A DNA stretch of 64,000 bases from Paragordius varius (lineage: Eukaryota > Animalia > Nematomorpha). The position numbers and the translations under genes are program-made. The first letter of the stretch is position 1. Every line of letters starts with the position of its first letter. The stretch spans positions 8,990,001-9,054,000 of the forward strand of contig OZ176054.1 in NCBI GenBank assembly GCA_964247055.1, read 5' to 3'. The notes under the pieces were generated by a model that saw only the letters and a list, made by a program, of their open reading frames with translations, ran no database searches and was not told where the DNA came from. This document shows, one piece after another, positions 28,527 through 41,700 of the stretch.

Positions 28527-31391
28527 ATGTATGATAAAAAAGCATTGTTAAATTTTGATTTTCAAAATCCCAAAACAAGTCTTGAAAAGGCAAATCTAAC
28601 GCTAGCATGGATAATTAAAGTGATAACCAAATCAAAAAATTTTGATGTGGAGTATCTCACAGATTTGTTGAAAAAGCAAAAAATAAATTCAATTAGTTTG
28701 GATTGTTGGGATGACCCTATTTGTGGCAATATACTATTTCGGATAAGAAAAATATTAAACGAGGAAGCCAATAGTATACAATAATTTTATTCAAGTTAAA
28801 AATGACGATGATACATTGCAAGGATTATTGCTAAATACGATGCAAACTTTGTCTATGGAATCGGAAGAAATTTTTAAAGAGAAAGTATTTGAAGCTCTTA
28901 ATGAAATGCAAATTGAATTAGAAAATTGGTACTTATGTATTTCCATGTAATTTAGTTTGGAAAATATAGCTATTCAAGCCTTGGAGCACATTCATGCAGA
29001 CGAAACCATTATGACTCTGGGACATTCTGAAACGGTCGAAACTTTTTTAAAGCAGGCTGCCAAAACCAGAAAATTCCATGTTATAATAGCAGAAGCTTAC
29101 CCTTCACTTTCGGGTCATTTGTTGGCCAAAAATTTAACAGATAATAAAGACGGTATTTTATTTTAATATTCTATTTATATTGTATTTTTGATAATATTAT
29201 TTTGTTTTTCTTTTACTTTTTTTCTTTTTTATTTTAAAATTATCATGACCCCAATCTGAGAGAAACACATGATATTAGTCATGACCTTTTTATAAAAAAA
29301 TATAATATTTAATATAATGACGAGGACTTTAACACTTGGATGCAAGACATTTATTTCAGGGCTTCGATTCGAATTGGGGAAATTGGATACCCCAGATCTG
29401 TTTAAAATTAAATAATTCAAAAAATATGGGAGGAATTATAACCATGGCAAAAGTTTGCACTATAACATTAATGAACAGAAATATAAAAAAAATTCATTTA
29501 AAAATACTCGGGTGCTTAGATATCACAATTCGAATTGAGTGTTAAAATAACATTTACTTATATATCGTTTCAAGATAATAACTAGGACCTTATTAAATAT
29601 TGGAAAAATACACAAATGTTATAATTAAATTCTAGACATATAGCACATTTAGAGGGCAAAGGAAGACCAGTATATAAACGCGTTTTTTAAAAATGAAAAT
29701 CATTTGATTTTAATTGTATTTAATTTATGTAAAATCTTTGCTAATTATATTTTCCTTTGTTTTTCTAATGATTTCTGATTTTTAGCTAGTCAAAATAAAC
29801 CTGCTATTTTCTATGACTGAATCTTAATATCCCCATTATGCGAATTTTAAAACAAAAAATATTAAATGAAGAACATTTTTAACTTTTGTTATATGGTTCC
29901 TCCCTCGATTTCCACAAAAGTTATAACTTTTACAAATTTTTTAAATATACTTATGTTACGTATAATTTTGAAGGAACAAACCCAATATCATCGTCTCTTA
30001 CAGTGAGTCTAATACCAGATTCAGCCATTTTCGCAATCATGTCACGCGTTAATAAAGTCATTCTCGGTTGTGATCTTATGCTAGCTAACGGGGGCGTCGT
30101 AGCAAAATCCGGTTCATTTAACATTGCGGCGTCCGCTAAACATTATTCTGTTCCTGTTTTCGTTTGTGCAGGTTAATTAACAAAATTTTGTTAATTATTA
30201 ATTCAAGAATAGTTTGTTATAATAAAACTCTGTGACTATATCAATAAATTTAAAAAATAAAAATTATTAATTTACATTTAAATTGTGTTTTTTATAAACA
30301 ATAGTAATCATTGACATAGATTTTACTAAGTATCCAAAATGTGCAAGGTTATAATGTTCGAGAAATGTTCTATATTATATCAATTATATTTTTATTATAA
30401 AGATCAGTTTTAACTCGTAAATATATTTTTATTAATTCACGAAGTTTTAAGATGGCGATTTCCATATTCTTAAAAACTAAACATACTTTTTTATGTAAAT
30501 AGTTGAATACCGCTATATGTTTAAATTGATATTTATAAAATGCATACCAGTAAAAATGATCTAAAATATCTGGAAAATCCATTTTGACAAAAAAAACAGT
30601 CTTTTATAATTTGGTTGCATTTATTATTTAAAGTTTTTTGAATGAATTAGACAGCAATTTAAGAATAAAAAGTTTTGAAATAAATATTTTTAAATTTGAT
30701 AACTGCAAAAATATACTTTTCCCTACATTATATTAACATTTTTCAATTGATATCATGTTATATTAATCTTGTTTAGGAATTTATAAATTAACTCCAACAT
30801 ACATGGCGCCGCCCAATGTAAATGTAAGTCCAGCCCAGTATGAAATCCCTTATTACGGAGATTTTGAACCCCTTAGCGATGATGGCACACTCTCTTATTT
30901 GACACAATCCAATGACACTGTACCACCCGAACTTATAACCGTTTACATATCTAATACGTAGACATACCCTTTTTCATTAATATTTTTTTTTCTTTCCAAT
31001 TTACATGTACAGTTGTTGTTTAACCATTAATTTATTTGTTCTTTTGGATTTACTTTTTTTATAATTATTTTAGTCAATAATTTTCTATAGATGTTTTCTA
31101 ATGATTTAAATCGAATAAACACTTCAAATTATGCAATCAAACAAAAAATCCAAATTTATTATAACCGCTTATTAAACATTAATACTAATAACATTTCAAA
31201 AACTTTTAAAATTTAAACTGTTGAGTTAATATGAAAAAAGGTATAATATTTATATAATTTGTAATTATTTATATTTGATTATTACAATTTATTATGTATA
31301 TATAATATCATCAATATACAGTGGAAGTTATGCTCCCTCCTATGTTTATCAAATGATGCGTGAATTATATAACAAAGAAGATTTGATATGA
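28527..31391 (+). CDS. EIF2B2: Translation initiation factor eIF2B subunit beta
   Basis: Exons 28527-28773, 28796-28928, 28956-29152, then exons starting 29974, 30777 and 31322. They give [64 protein letters not shown] and [13 protein letters not shown]. Confidence 0.96.
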
Positions 31392-31668
31392 TGAATTATA
31401 TTAATAAATTGCAAAATCACATTTTTTGAATCCACCTATAAACATTATTAATAAAATTGACCCCCCATTTATATAGATATATATGATAATAGAAGTGTTG
31501 TAAGAAAATTGGGTATATAATATAAATTTTTTTTACAATGACCAAAATATATTTAATTATAGTACAATAAATGGTGTGATGTTAAAAACATATACATGTA
31601 ATAAATGGACAAATCGCAAATGCACAAAAAATTAAAATATAAATTTTGAATGTGAACCAAAAATAGAT

Positions 31669-32671
31669 TTATTGGGTTGGATAAGTTGAAGTGCCATAAC
31701 CATAATTCGTCAAATTAAACATCATGCTTGGATCATATGCTTGTTGCATTCCTCCATACGTATTTGCTTGTGTTGGGTTTTGAAACGCTGTGGTCAAAAC
31801 AAAATTTTGATAACATAATGACTTAAATTTTTAAATTTTTTTTTGGCTAATGTTCCCCAAACTTAAATACAACCTTATATAAAAAGAAAAAGTGCACACA
31901 AGCCAATAAGTTTAAAGGCGATTTTTATTTTAAGCTCATACGAGAATAGGGTCAATTATAAGGAGGGGGCCATCCCACACATATATACATTGTGTGCTAT
32001 TTTATGGCAATTTGACATGGAAAAAATAATTGATAAAATTTACCTTATATTGGTTACAAAAGTGTATTTACCTCCTGCAGTTTGCTGATACGATCCTACT
32101 CCCATCATCATATCCGTGTTTGTTGGTTGCGATTGATAACTATTGTAAGGGTTATGTTGAGGATATCGAACCACATTAGCATTATAAGTGAATGATGATT
32201 GCCCGTTTGTCGATGCTTTGTTCACACTTGCTACATTATTTTGAGGCAGACCAGTGGATCTAGAAACATATTTATGTGTAAGCATTAAAATGTATTTTTA
32301 ACCATTGACAAAATAATTATACGGCTAACATAACCACAAATGTAAAATACTTGTTACTATTTTAATGGATTTTATAGAGTATTGATTAGACTTCAAAATT
32401 AATGTTTACCAGAAATCGTTTTAAAATCCAAAACTGGTGCGCTGTTACTTGAGTAAAGGTCATCCAGCCAACACTATGGGAAGGTAACAGTAGGACTTTC
32501 AGTTTAAATAGTTTGCGTTTACAAATAAACCATTATTCTTTTGTGCATATATTATGTTTTTTACTAAGTGTAGAATAAGGTAAACTAAATTAGTTGTTTA
32601 TTCCATTAAAATATATTTTTAGATTTGTAGTATTACAGACTGCTTATGACCTGGTATACATAACCTGTCCG

Positions 32672-32704
<33 letters not shown>

Positions 32705-35700
32705 TATACAGACAAATTTTTTTGATTCAATGGATAAATATATATATACATAATTATGTTAATTACACTGCGGCGTTTGTTCCATAAGGTGAATAATATT
32801 GGTTTGCTGTGGTACCGACATTAAAACCCGATGGATACATGGCTGAATACATGTTTTGGAGAGCAGTCATTTGGGCCGCATTATTCAAATTACTTTGGGG
32901 TTGTTGCACATTTTTATAACCTTCCTTGACGAAATTCATCACTGGTCTAAAATTTGTATAAATCCATAATTATATAGTTATAACCATATATAGTGTACCA
33001 CCACCCCCTATGATTCTGATAGTGGGAAAAAACATGGGTCATTATCCGCAACATGCCCTTTTATATATATAATTTTTTTCTAAAATTAAATATGCATGTG
33101 GGAAGGTGTTGTCAACTTTGAAAGATATAAATTTAAAAAAATCAAAAAAAAGGTTTGATGATCAACATGAGCTTATTTAGGCACTGTTTATAAAAAAGAG
33201 CATCATAAGGGGGCAGGGATCCACTGTAATATATTGATTTGAAAAGTTAAAATTTGATATAAAACTTTTTAGAACTATCACTTGTTGCTACAGGTGTCGA
33301 CAACTTTTGCGCATCAGTATGTGAAATCAAATTATTGAAATAACGTGTATTATTAGTACGACTCTTCTCCATATACTTTGCCGTTCTTTGTTCTAACATA
33401 GTTATATGGTATTAAACAAACATTTTCTTATATAAATAATATCCAAAATTACTACTGTTTATATGATAATAACAACAACGCCTAAGCGGATCCACAATAT
33501 ATAATTATCTTTAATTTTTATATCATTCGCATATAATCAAAATAAATAATTGAAATTATTATTTTATCAATTATATTTCTTTTATTTTACCCATTTGAAA
33601 TATACGACCATGTATTGTAATTGTGGTTTAAAAATTTTACAGAGATCATTATTACATAAAATATTCATACTATATTTTTCTGCCACGTGGGAGTCAGCCT
33701 TCTGTTTCAGGTTTTGAACATAACGATCTCTTTTAGCCTTTTTGCGAACTTTCAAAACTTTTTCTCTTAAAACCTGATCCAATTCATCTGTCCGAACGCC
33801 TTTAATCATGTCCGCAGTCAAGTTTTTGGCATCAGTGCTGGAAATTAATTGGACAAGCTTATCATGCGCAATTTTGTCAATGGGTGCTTCGTTGCTATCA
33901 CCATTTTGATCTTGGACTAATACACAACAATCAATTAAAACATTTTGGATGGGTAAATTTAAAAATTGTGTATAACATCAATTTCTATCAATGACATTTT
34001 TTTCAGTCGAAAATAACACATCGTCTAAAGCAGGAGAGCCCTGACTTCGCAGGCAGCATTTTCAACCCGCAAAACCAGCGGACCCCAATAATTACAAATA
34101 TAAATTCATAAACATTAATAAATATATTAAAAAATAAGCTAATTATATTTACGAATACTATATAACCATTATTTTTCACCAATTACACATTGCTACTTGC
34201 CAACAAACACCCTTTTAGCTTAATAAACTAAATCAATTCCAAAAAGATGTGGTGTATAAATATTAATGGCATAAGAAATATATTCTACGCATTTATCGAA
34301 AAATTGGGTATTTATAAAATTTAGATTTTAGTTAATCTTTTTTAATTTTTTGGCGAGCGCACAAGTGTCGAACTCCTCCGCTCTAAAGCATATAAATTAT
34401 TGCTGAATGAGAAAATGATATTTCTGGATAATGAAAAAAAAATGTTATAAGTCAAAATCTGTAAAAATTTACCAGCGCCTTGCGCCGTATAATCAATGTG
34501 ATCATATTCATTGTTAGAGATTGGAGGTGCACTTTTACGGAGCTGTTTTCGTGAATTTCCTTTTGCTCCAGCTTTTCCCTTCCCACCTCCAGATGTGCGT
34601 CCTCGTTTTGGATTGTTATTGTAAGAAAAATCAGTCTCGTCTTCATACGAAACATCATGCTGCCCCGGATCCTTGGGAAAAACGCCAAATCTATTACCTT
34701 AAATATTCGGATAGAAATATGTATTTTTAAGGGAATAAAGTTGTTAAACTCGTGCAAAGTTTTTAGGGTTCGTTTCTTCTAAATTTGATCTACCAAATTT
34801 AAATCTTTTAAAGATAAATTTTTTAAATCGATACAATGTGAAGAAAATACTTGTTGTGTAACTAATTTTATTTTGAAAAATATTTTTTAATTGCAGAACC
34901 AATTAAAAAATAAGGTTAAAAACTAAATTTTTTTATTTTCAGATGCTTACTTTTATATAATAAACAATATATGTAGCAAAAAAATCACATACCACCATAC
35001 GGTGGACCAAAACCAGCTGGATCCGCGTCTCCATCATAGTATGGATCAGATCTCCCACCTCCACGCATAAATAATGGGGTAGGATAGGCGGGAGGAGGAT
35101 GGGGTGGACGTCTACCCCTCATTCCCATCATGGGCATCGGGGGTGGCATGCGAGGTGGGGGCGGTCTCGGCCCCAAAAACCTGGCATGAGGTGGTGGAGG
35201 TCCAAAAAAACCAGCATGTCTTGGTCCAGGTCTAGGCCCAAAACCAGGCCTGCCAAATGGTGGAGGATGAGGAGGTCTCCGCATACCAAATCTATTTGTG
35301 GTTAAAATATGATAGTAAATTTTGAGGGGTTAGTTTGACTTATTGGTTACTAGTAAGCATTCATAACAGTAACCGTTTCTAATGATAATCAGTCAAGAAA
35401 AATATTGTCAAATATATCATTTTCTAGCGATTGTAAAAATTGTGAAATGATAAATTCTAAAATTTTGATTGGAAATAATTCTTCAAACAATCAACTTTAA
35501 TATATAACTTATAAACGCTTTAATAAGCGATCGATCGATCGGACCGCGATTATATTATATTTTTGGACCGGTACCAAAACCGTCTCAAACTCTATTGCGC
35601 GTATTCACTACAAACAAATGCAAACCTATGGGTATCAAAGGGCCCCTCCATATTTCGTCGAGCAAATTGATGAGACAAAGCGTTGGGATCTTCCCACGTA

Positions 35701-38700
35701 TACGTGTCAGCATCATACATGTCATATAAATCATAATCGGCATTGTCTCCAGTAGTTGTCGTTGTGCTATTCAACAATGATGAAAGATCGGTAGGCAGAA
35801 AGGTACATTCCTTGCCCCGGAATTGGGCATTATGGTATTCGTGCTCAGCTAAATTCTTGACATGGCCCAATTTTTGGTATGGGATACAAAAACTATCCCC
35901 TGAATCCAAAGAACCTATACTCATTACATCATCATCAACAACAGCATCCTGACCATTATTCAAATCAATAGCGGAATCTCCATTTTCTATGTTAAATGTA
36001 TATGAATATATATGAGTGTATGTGCGCAAAAGAAATGTCTCATTATTTTTTTAATTTTAAAATAGTACAACATTTTTAATGCATGATATTTAGCAATGCG
36101 GATTTTTTATCTAAAAAAATTGGTATAAAAAATAGTTTTTGATGATATTAATATATATATATACCTTTTACTGCAAGTAACGAAGTAAGTCCCAACCGAC
36201 CAGCATCCATTTCAGATAGGGCATAAATCATGTCGACAATTAAACCAGATTTAATGATTCTAGGTTCAAGCATAGTTTCTTTTTTATCACCCAACAGGGA
36301 GGCTAATTCACTTAATTTGTGAATGAGACTACTATCATGACAAACAATGTTTATCATTTTATCAAAGGCTCCACGCAACAAAATTAATTTGGCAAGCAGC
36401 ACGGATTCCATGCTAAGTCGTATCCTAAAAATACAAGTTATCTCATTAAAAATATGTAATATAGAGGGGGGTTGAGTTTGGTCCAAGACTGGTTATATTA
36501 TATATATATATATATATATATAATATGGTCTTGACTGTTAACGTTAATAAAAAACCGGTCATATTTTAAAATATGTGTTTATCATGTAAATTGATAAAAA
36601 ACAATGATTGAAACTTAGTTTTCATAGTAAAAAATGTGAAATCTAAAATTTTATTAAATTTTGATTCATTGTTATAATTATATTTGACGGCCTTATCATT
36701 TGGTTTAGTTATATATATAAATATATATATATATGACTGCATTAATAAGCGCGGTCAGATCGCTTAATAATAAAATGGGGTTATAGCCTAACTCTAATTA
36801 GTAAACAAAACAAAGATGATTGATTTTGTTTTCAAAAAATATTAAAAAATAACCATTACCAATCATTTATCGTGACAATGGATTGATTTGGGTCCAAATA
36901 AAATTGATATGTGCCAAAGAGCAAAAATTGCAATGGAACTGACGTAGATAAATCAGTAATAATACGATTTTTTGAGAGTACCTATAATATAATTATTTTT
37001 GTTTTATCACTCCTCTATTTTGTTAATATTTATATAATAGTTTTCATAAAATTAAGAGTAGGTCTTATTTTGGTAAAATTTTTGTTTTAAATACATTTTT
37101 ATCATGAAAATTAATTGTCTTAAAACAGGAAAAATGAAATTATCCCGATTAACTCAGAAAAAATATTGTTTTAAGGCAAATTGTGTTCAAGGGTAAATTT
37201 AAAGTGTAAATGGTATTGTAAATAAATACTTTTTCAGTAAACAGAAAGAAAGGTTGATTTTTTTCATCGGTCAATGATACGATTGAATTTTTGTTCATGA
37301 CGGCTAAAACATGTTTTCCAAGTAAAGCATATCTTTTACCCAAAGAGTAAACAATGTTGAAGTTGTATCCGAAATTCAAAAGCGCCATTATCTAAAAAAA
37401 CACAAATAATTTTGTAAATAAAAAATGTATTCGTCTTCGAAACAAAAATAAATTAAAAAATTGATTTGATAATCCAATCATAATTAACAATATCCAGCGT
37501 TAGTTTTCATAATCAAAATAATATATAATGATATTAATGTAAATAATCGATTATAGTGTATCATAAAATGTTTATTTAAAATTCTTTTTATTTACAAATT
37601 TGTTTTCAAAAGAGTTTAGAGTATAACATACAGTATCCAAATGAGAATCCTTGCCAAATGGATTCAAAGTATTTGGTTCAAGAGCCGAATAGCTAATGTT
37701 CAGCAGAACGTGCAAAGCTTGTTTCAAATATGTCTGTGAACGTTTAACGTTTTCACAGAAATTGGGGATCAAAAAATTTTCATCCATATATGTCATCTTG
37801 TTAGATGCGCTATATTAGTTAGTAAAATTATATAATTTAATTACAAAAGACTATACAACTTTTTTAATAAAAAATGTACAATAACTAAAATATAAAAAAC
37901 TCAGTTTCAAGATATCCTTTGTAAGCCATTAATCTGGCAATCACATCACTTTGCCGTAGGCCAGAAAAACTTTTAAGTATAGCCTGGAGTCTTTTGGTAG
38001 ATGTTTGCATAAATATATCTGGGTTAGCTTGTAAAGCTACAATGGCTGTAATGGAATCTGCTACTCTATATATAACATTTATAATATACATGAAAATTTC
38101 CACATATAGTAGAGGCTGTTAAATTCAATAAGAAAAATATATTAATACCCTAAAATGCAGGATGCAATAATCATCTTGCCAATCTTTGGATCAAAAGGAA
38201 AATTCACCAGTATTTTACCCAACGATGTTAGCTTAACCTTTTCAAACAATTGTTCACATGTCAACGTTTCTTTGGTAAAACCAATGGGTTGGGGAATTTC
38301 TAAGGCTCCTAACTGAAGTAAATTGCAAACACATTGTTTTAAACAATAAGTATCGGGTCTCAGCAGTTTAGCGTAAAATTGTAAAACGGTTTCATTTAAT
38401 AATTCAGACAAGGCTTGTGCTGCCAAAAATATTTGAGTCAGGTTGGAGGGGAAAAGAGAATAACTTGGTAACCTGTGACATGTTACATAAATATATGTTA
38501 AGGTAAATTTTTGACCGGTTAAATATATGTGTTAGAACTATATGAAACATAACAATATTTCTATTAAATTGGTGGAACAAAAGCGTTTATAATTAATAAA
38601 AAGAACAAAAAATTGATATATTATTATTTCCTGTTTGAATTTTGATATAAAAGTTTGTTTGACTGCTAATTATTTCAAAAGGGGTCACAGTCACGGTCTT

Positions 38701-38748
38701 CATAAGTCTTTAGCCCCAACGCTATTTTATTATATTTAAAATTTTTAC

Positions 38749-38784
<36 letters not shown>

Positions 38785-41700
38785 TAAGCAATCCTATATT
38801 TAAACTATTGCTTTTTTAGATATAAAGAAAAAAGACCTTTCATAACGAGCCCGACTTATAAGGTGAAAACAAAATCCTGGTCTGTAGTGAGAAGCAAGGG
38901 AATATCTCATCTCAAGTACAGATTTGGGAGCTGTAACAATCAATTTGGTAGTTGTATCAGTGCTGGCATCATACACTTGGCGTTCAACCTTACAACTATC
39001 AATCACGTAAATGATATCATTAAACGTTACACAGCATTCACCAATGTTCGTTGATAGAATTAACTAAAAAAATGTTAGTTAGAAAGGTGTATTTTATTAT
39101 CTGGTAGTTTTATAATAATTATATTCCTTAATAAAGGCCGAGATATCTCATTACGAAAGTTTATATCATAATTAAACTAAGCATTAATCAAAAAAGATGT
39201 TAAATATAAAGATTCATACCTTATAATAGCCAAGGGGGGTTTTATTGTTCATTTTTTTCCAATCATCATAGGAAGTGAATTCATGAAGTTCGTAAATTTT
39301 AAATGGGCCACCTATAAATTTTTATATAATTTGATATATATTATGAAAAAATTAAAAGGATGATTTACATAAAAACCATACAAATGCACAGATAAAAAAT
39401 TAAATGTGTCAATAATTTAAGCATCCTTCCCAAATACCTTATAAATATTAACTTAAAATTTAGCTATTAAAAAAATGTGAAAATTTTCAATTTTCCATAC
39501 TTGATATTTTAGAAATATCCATCAAATATTTATGTAAAGATTGAATATAAGCAAGATTAGGGAGTATTATAGCAATAGTTCCTGGATCTTTCAAATCCAT
39601 AATGTAATCCAACACATGCTAAAAATGTGTATAAATTTAAAAAAATACCGTTTTTTTCTTCAAAAATACAACAAAAAAAACCATAATTAAATTTTACATA
39701 TATTAATTCAAACGATATGTCCTTTTCTGGCAATTTCAAACAGGCCTGTCGAGTTTCCGCTTTATATGTTTTAGGGACACATGCATTCATATTGATCAAA
39801 CTCTCCTCATCATTCAAAAAATTCTCAGAATAATCCTCTGTTTTCGCCAATGACTCAGCTAAAATAATAATATGAGGATTATACAAAAAAAAAACAAAAA
39901 AATTCTGAAAACAATTTTTTTAATACTTGTGTAATTAAGATTTTGCATGACGCCAGGTAGTTTTTTCTTCATTTTAGTCTTCTTCCTTCTACGGATCTTA
40001 GCGTATGCAGATGAGATAGATCCATCATAATCGAATTCGGTCATTTCAACGCAATCCTCCAAAAAGTATTCTATGATATTATATTATATATATATATACA
40101 TATATATATCGTTTTTGCTTTAAATTAGTCATATATAAAAAAAAAGATATATTCCGGAAAATTCTTTACTTCCAACTTCTAATTGGGGTGTTTGGATAGT
40201 TATTATGTGCGGAGAATCGAAATACTCTTCAATATCGTCGATGGCTAAATCCGAACTGATAATAATCAACTTGAATTGGGCATATATCCTGAGAATGTCT
40301 CGCACCAGCATCAAAATAAATTCAGTCTAAAATTCCGTAAAAATTTATAATAAAAACTAAATAAGTAATATTTTTTTCTGATATTGTAGAGTTTTTTACC
40401 CATACCAAATTGAACTAAAATCGATCTTCAACTCAAAAAACGTTGATTTATATTCAAATAAAATTTTATAAAAAGATAAGTTATTTAAACAACCTGTATC
40501 ATAAACAAAAAAATACCATAGAATCCCTTTCATACACTTCATCAATTATGAGATGGCTAATGCCTTTAAGTCCATACCGTATGATACGTTGCAATAAATA
40601 TACTAAATAATCATGACAAAATTATTAATATTATATAATAGAGTAATTAATTTGGGTATATAGTATAGTATAGTTAGGTGATAAATGATGTTAAATTTAA
40701 CCCGTAAAAAAACAACAATTTTTGCAACGTTTGTGTCTCTGTAATACATATTTTTTGGCAAATTTTTAGTAGATACCATCCATTCACACGCTCAATGGTA
40801 TGTATGTATGTATGCACACAAACTCGCCAAAATATGTACTACTTTAAGAGACACATAATCATCATATTATACTATATATACCAGTGTTGCAATACAAAAC
40901 ACTTCCAAACGGTCTTGGAAGTTTCTGTTGCTGTGATTGTTGTTGTAAAACATCATTATCATGACCCATATAATGGTGCCAAGCGGCGGAGCCCTGATAA
41001 CCGGCCGTAGATTCGCGCCTTTTTGCATAATCGTCTTCCAATGTTGAAGGGGGGAGGAGCGAAATATTTTCCAACCGTTCTTCACACATTCGATGACATG
41101 CAATGCGGAGAGCCAAATCTTGTGTTGCTGCGAGGGCGGTGGATTGAACACAACCACCACTGCAAACACACACACAACATTCGGCTCCACGATTGGCCGC
41201 AATGGCTTCGTCAATAATGTATTGTGGAATCTACGGGCGACAACAGAAGGAAGGCACACATGCCAAAATGTGGTATTAACACATGCAATTAAAAGTAAAT
41301 TAAATTATTTATCGAGTTACTTTTGTTTGTTTTGGTTAACAAAATGCGTTTATTGATAAAAAAAATGCATGTATTCATTGTTAAGCTTAAATTGCAAGTA
41401 AATGTGATTATATTATTTATTGATTAGAATAGATTTTTTGGATGGTGATTTAAAGCAGGGGTGTTCAACACACATGGCATCATGAGCCCGCATTTTCAAC
41501 CCAAAAAAACCGGTGGGCCGCATTGAAAAAACTACAAAATTAAGCGAATATCATAAGATTGTAAATAAATAGTACATGAGGCGGAACTTTTAATTATAAG
41601 GTTATTAAAAAGAGTTGATTACATCGCCAATTAATTTATATAGATATTGCTGATTTTAGCAGATTAATGTAGACCTTATACATATAAACCTATTCATGAA

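Noticed and set aside
29229-29690. Possible Penelope/GIY-YIG fragment in an EIF2B2 intron (ORFs 29229-29420 and 29336-29545)
   Set aside because: Only a weak IGK...SRHIAH resemblance across frameshifts; not supportable without a profile search.
34350-34392. tRNA-like fragment (GAGTTCGACAC...GCCA on the minus strand)
   Set aside because: The T-stem is imperfect, and no matching acceptor 5' strand, D arm or anticodon arm lies upstream.
34985-35305. Standalone Pro/Arg/Gly-rich ORF (34985-35284 -) and its antisense ORF (35099-35305 +)
   Set aside because: The minus ORF is an internal exon of the DHX9-like gene (acceptor 35291, donor 34992); the plus ORF is its antisense shadow.
37885-37900. 16-nt GT-AG intron in the DHX9-like gene
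   Set aside because: It leads to a stop; the acceptor at 37809 restores frame and homology.
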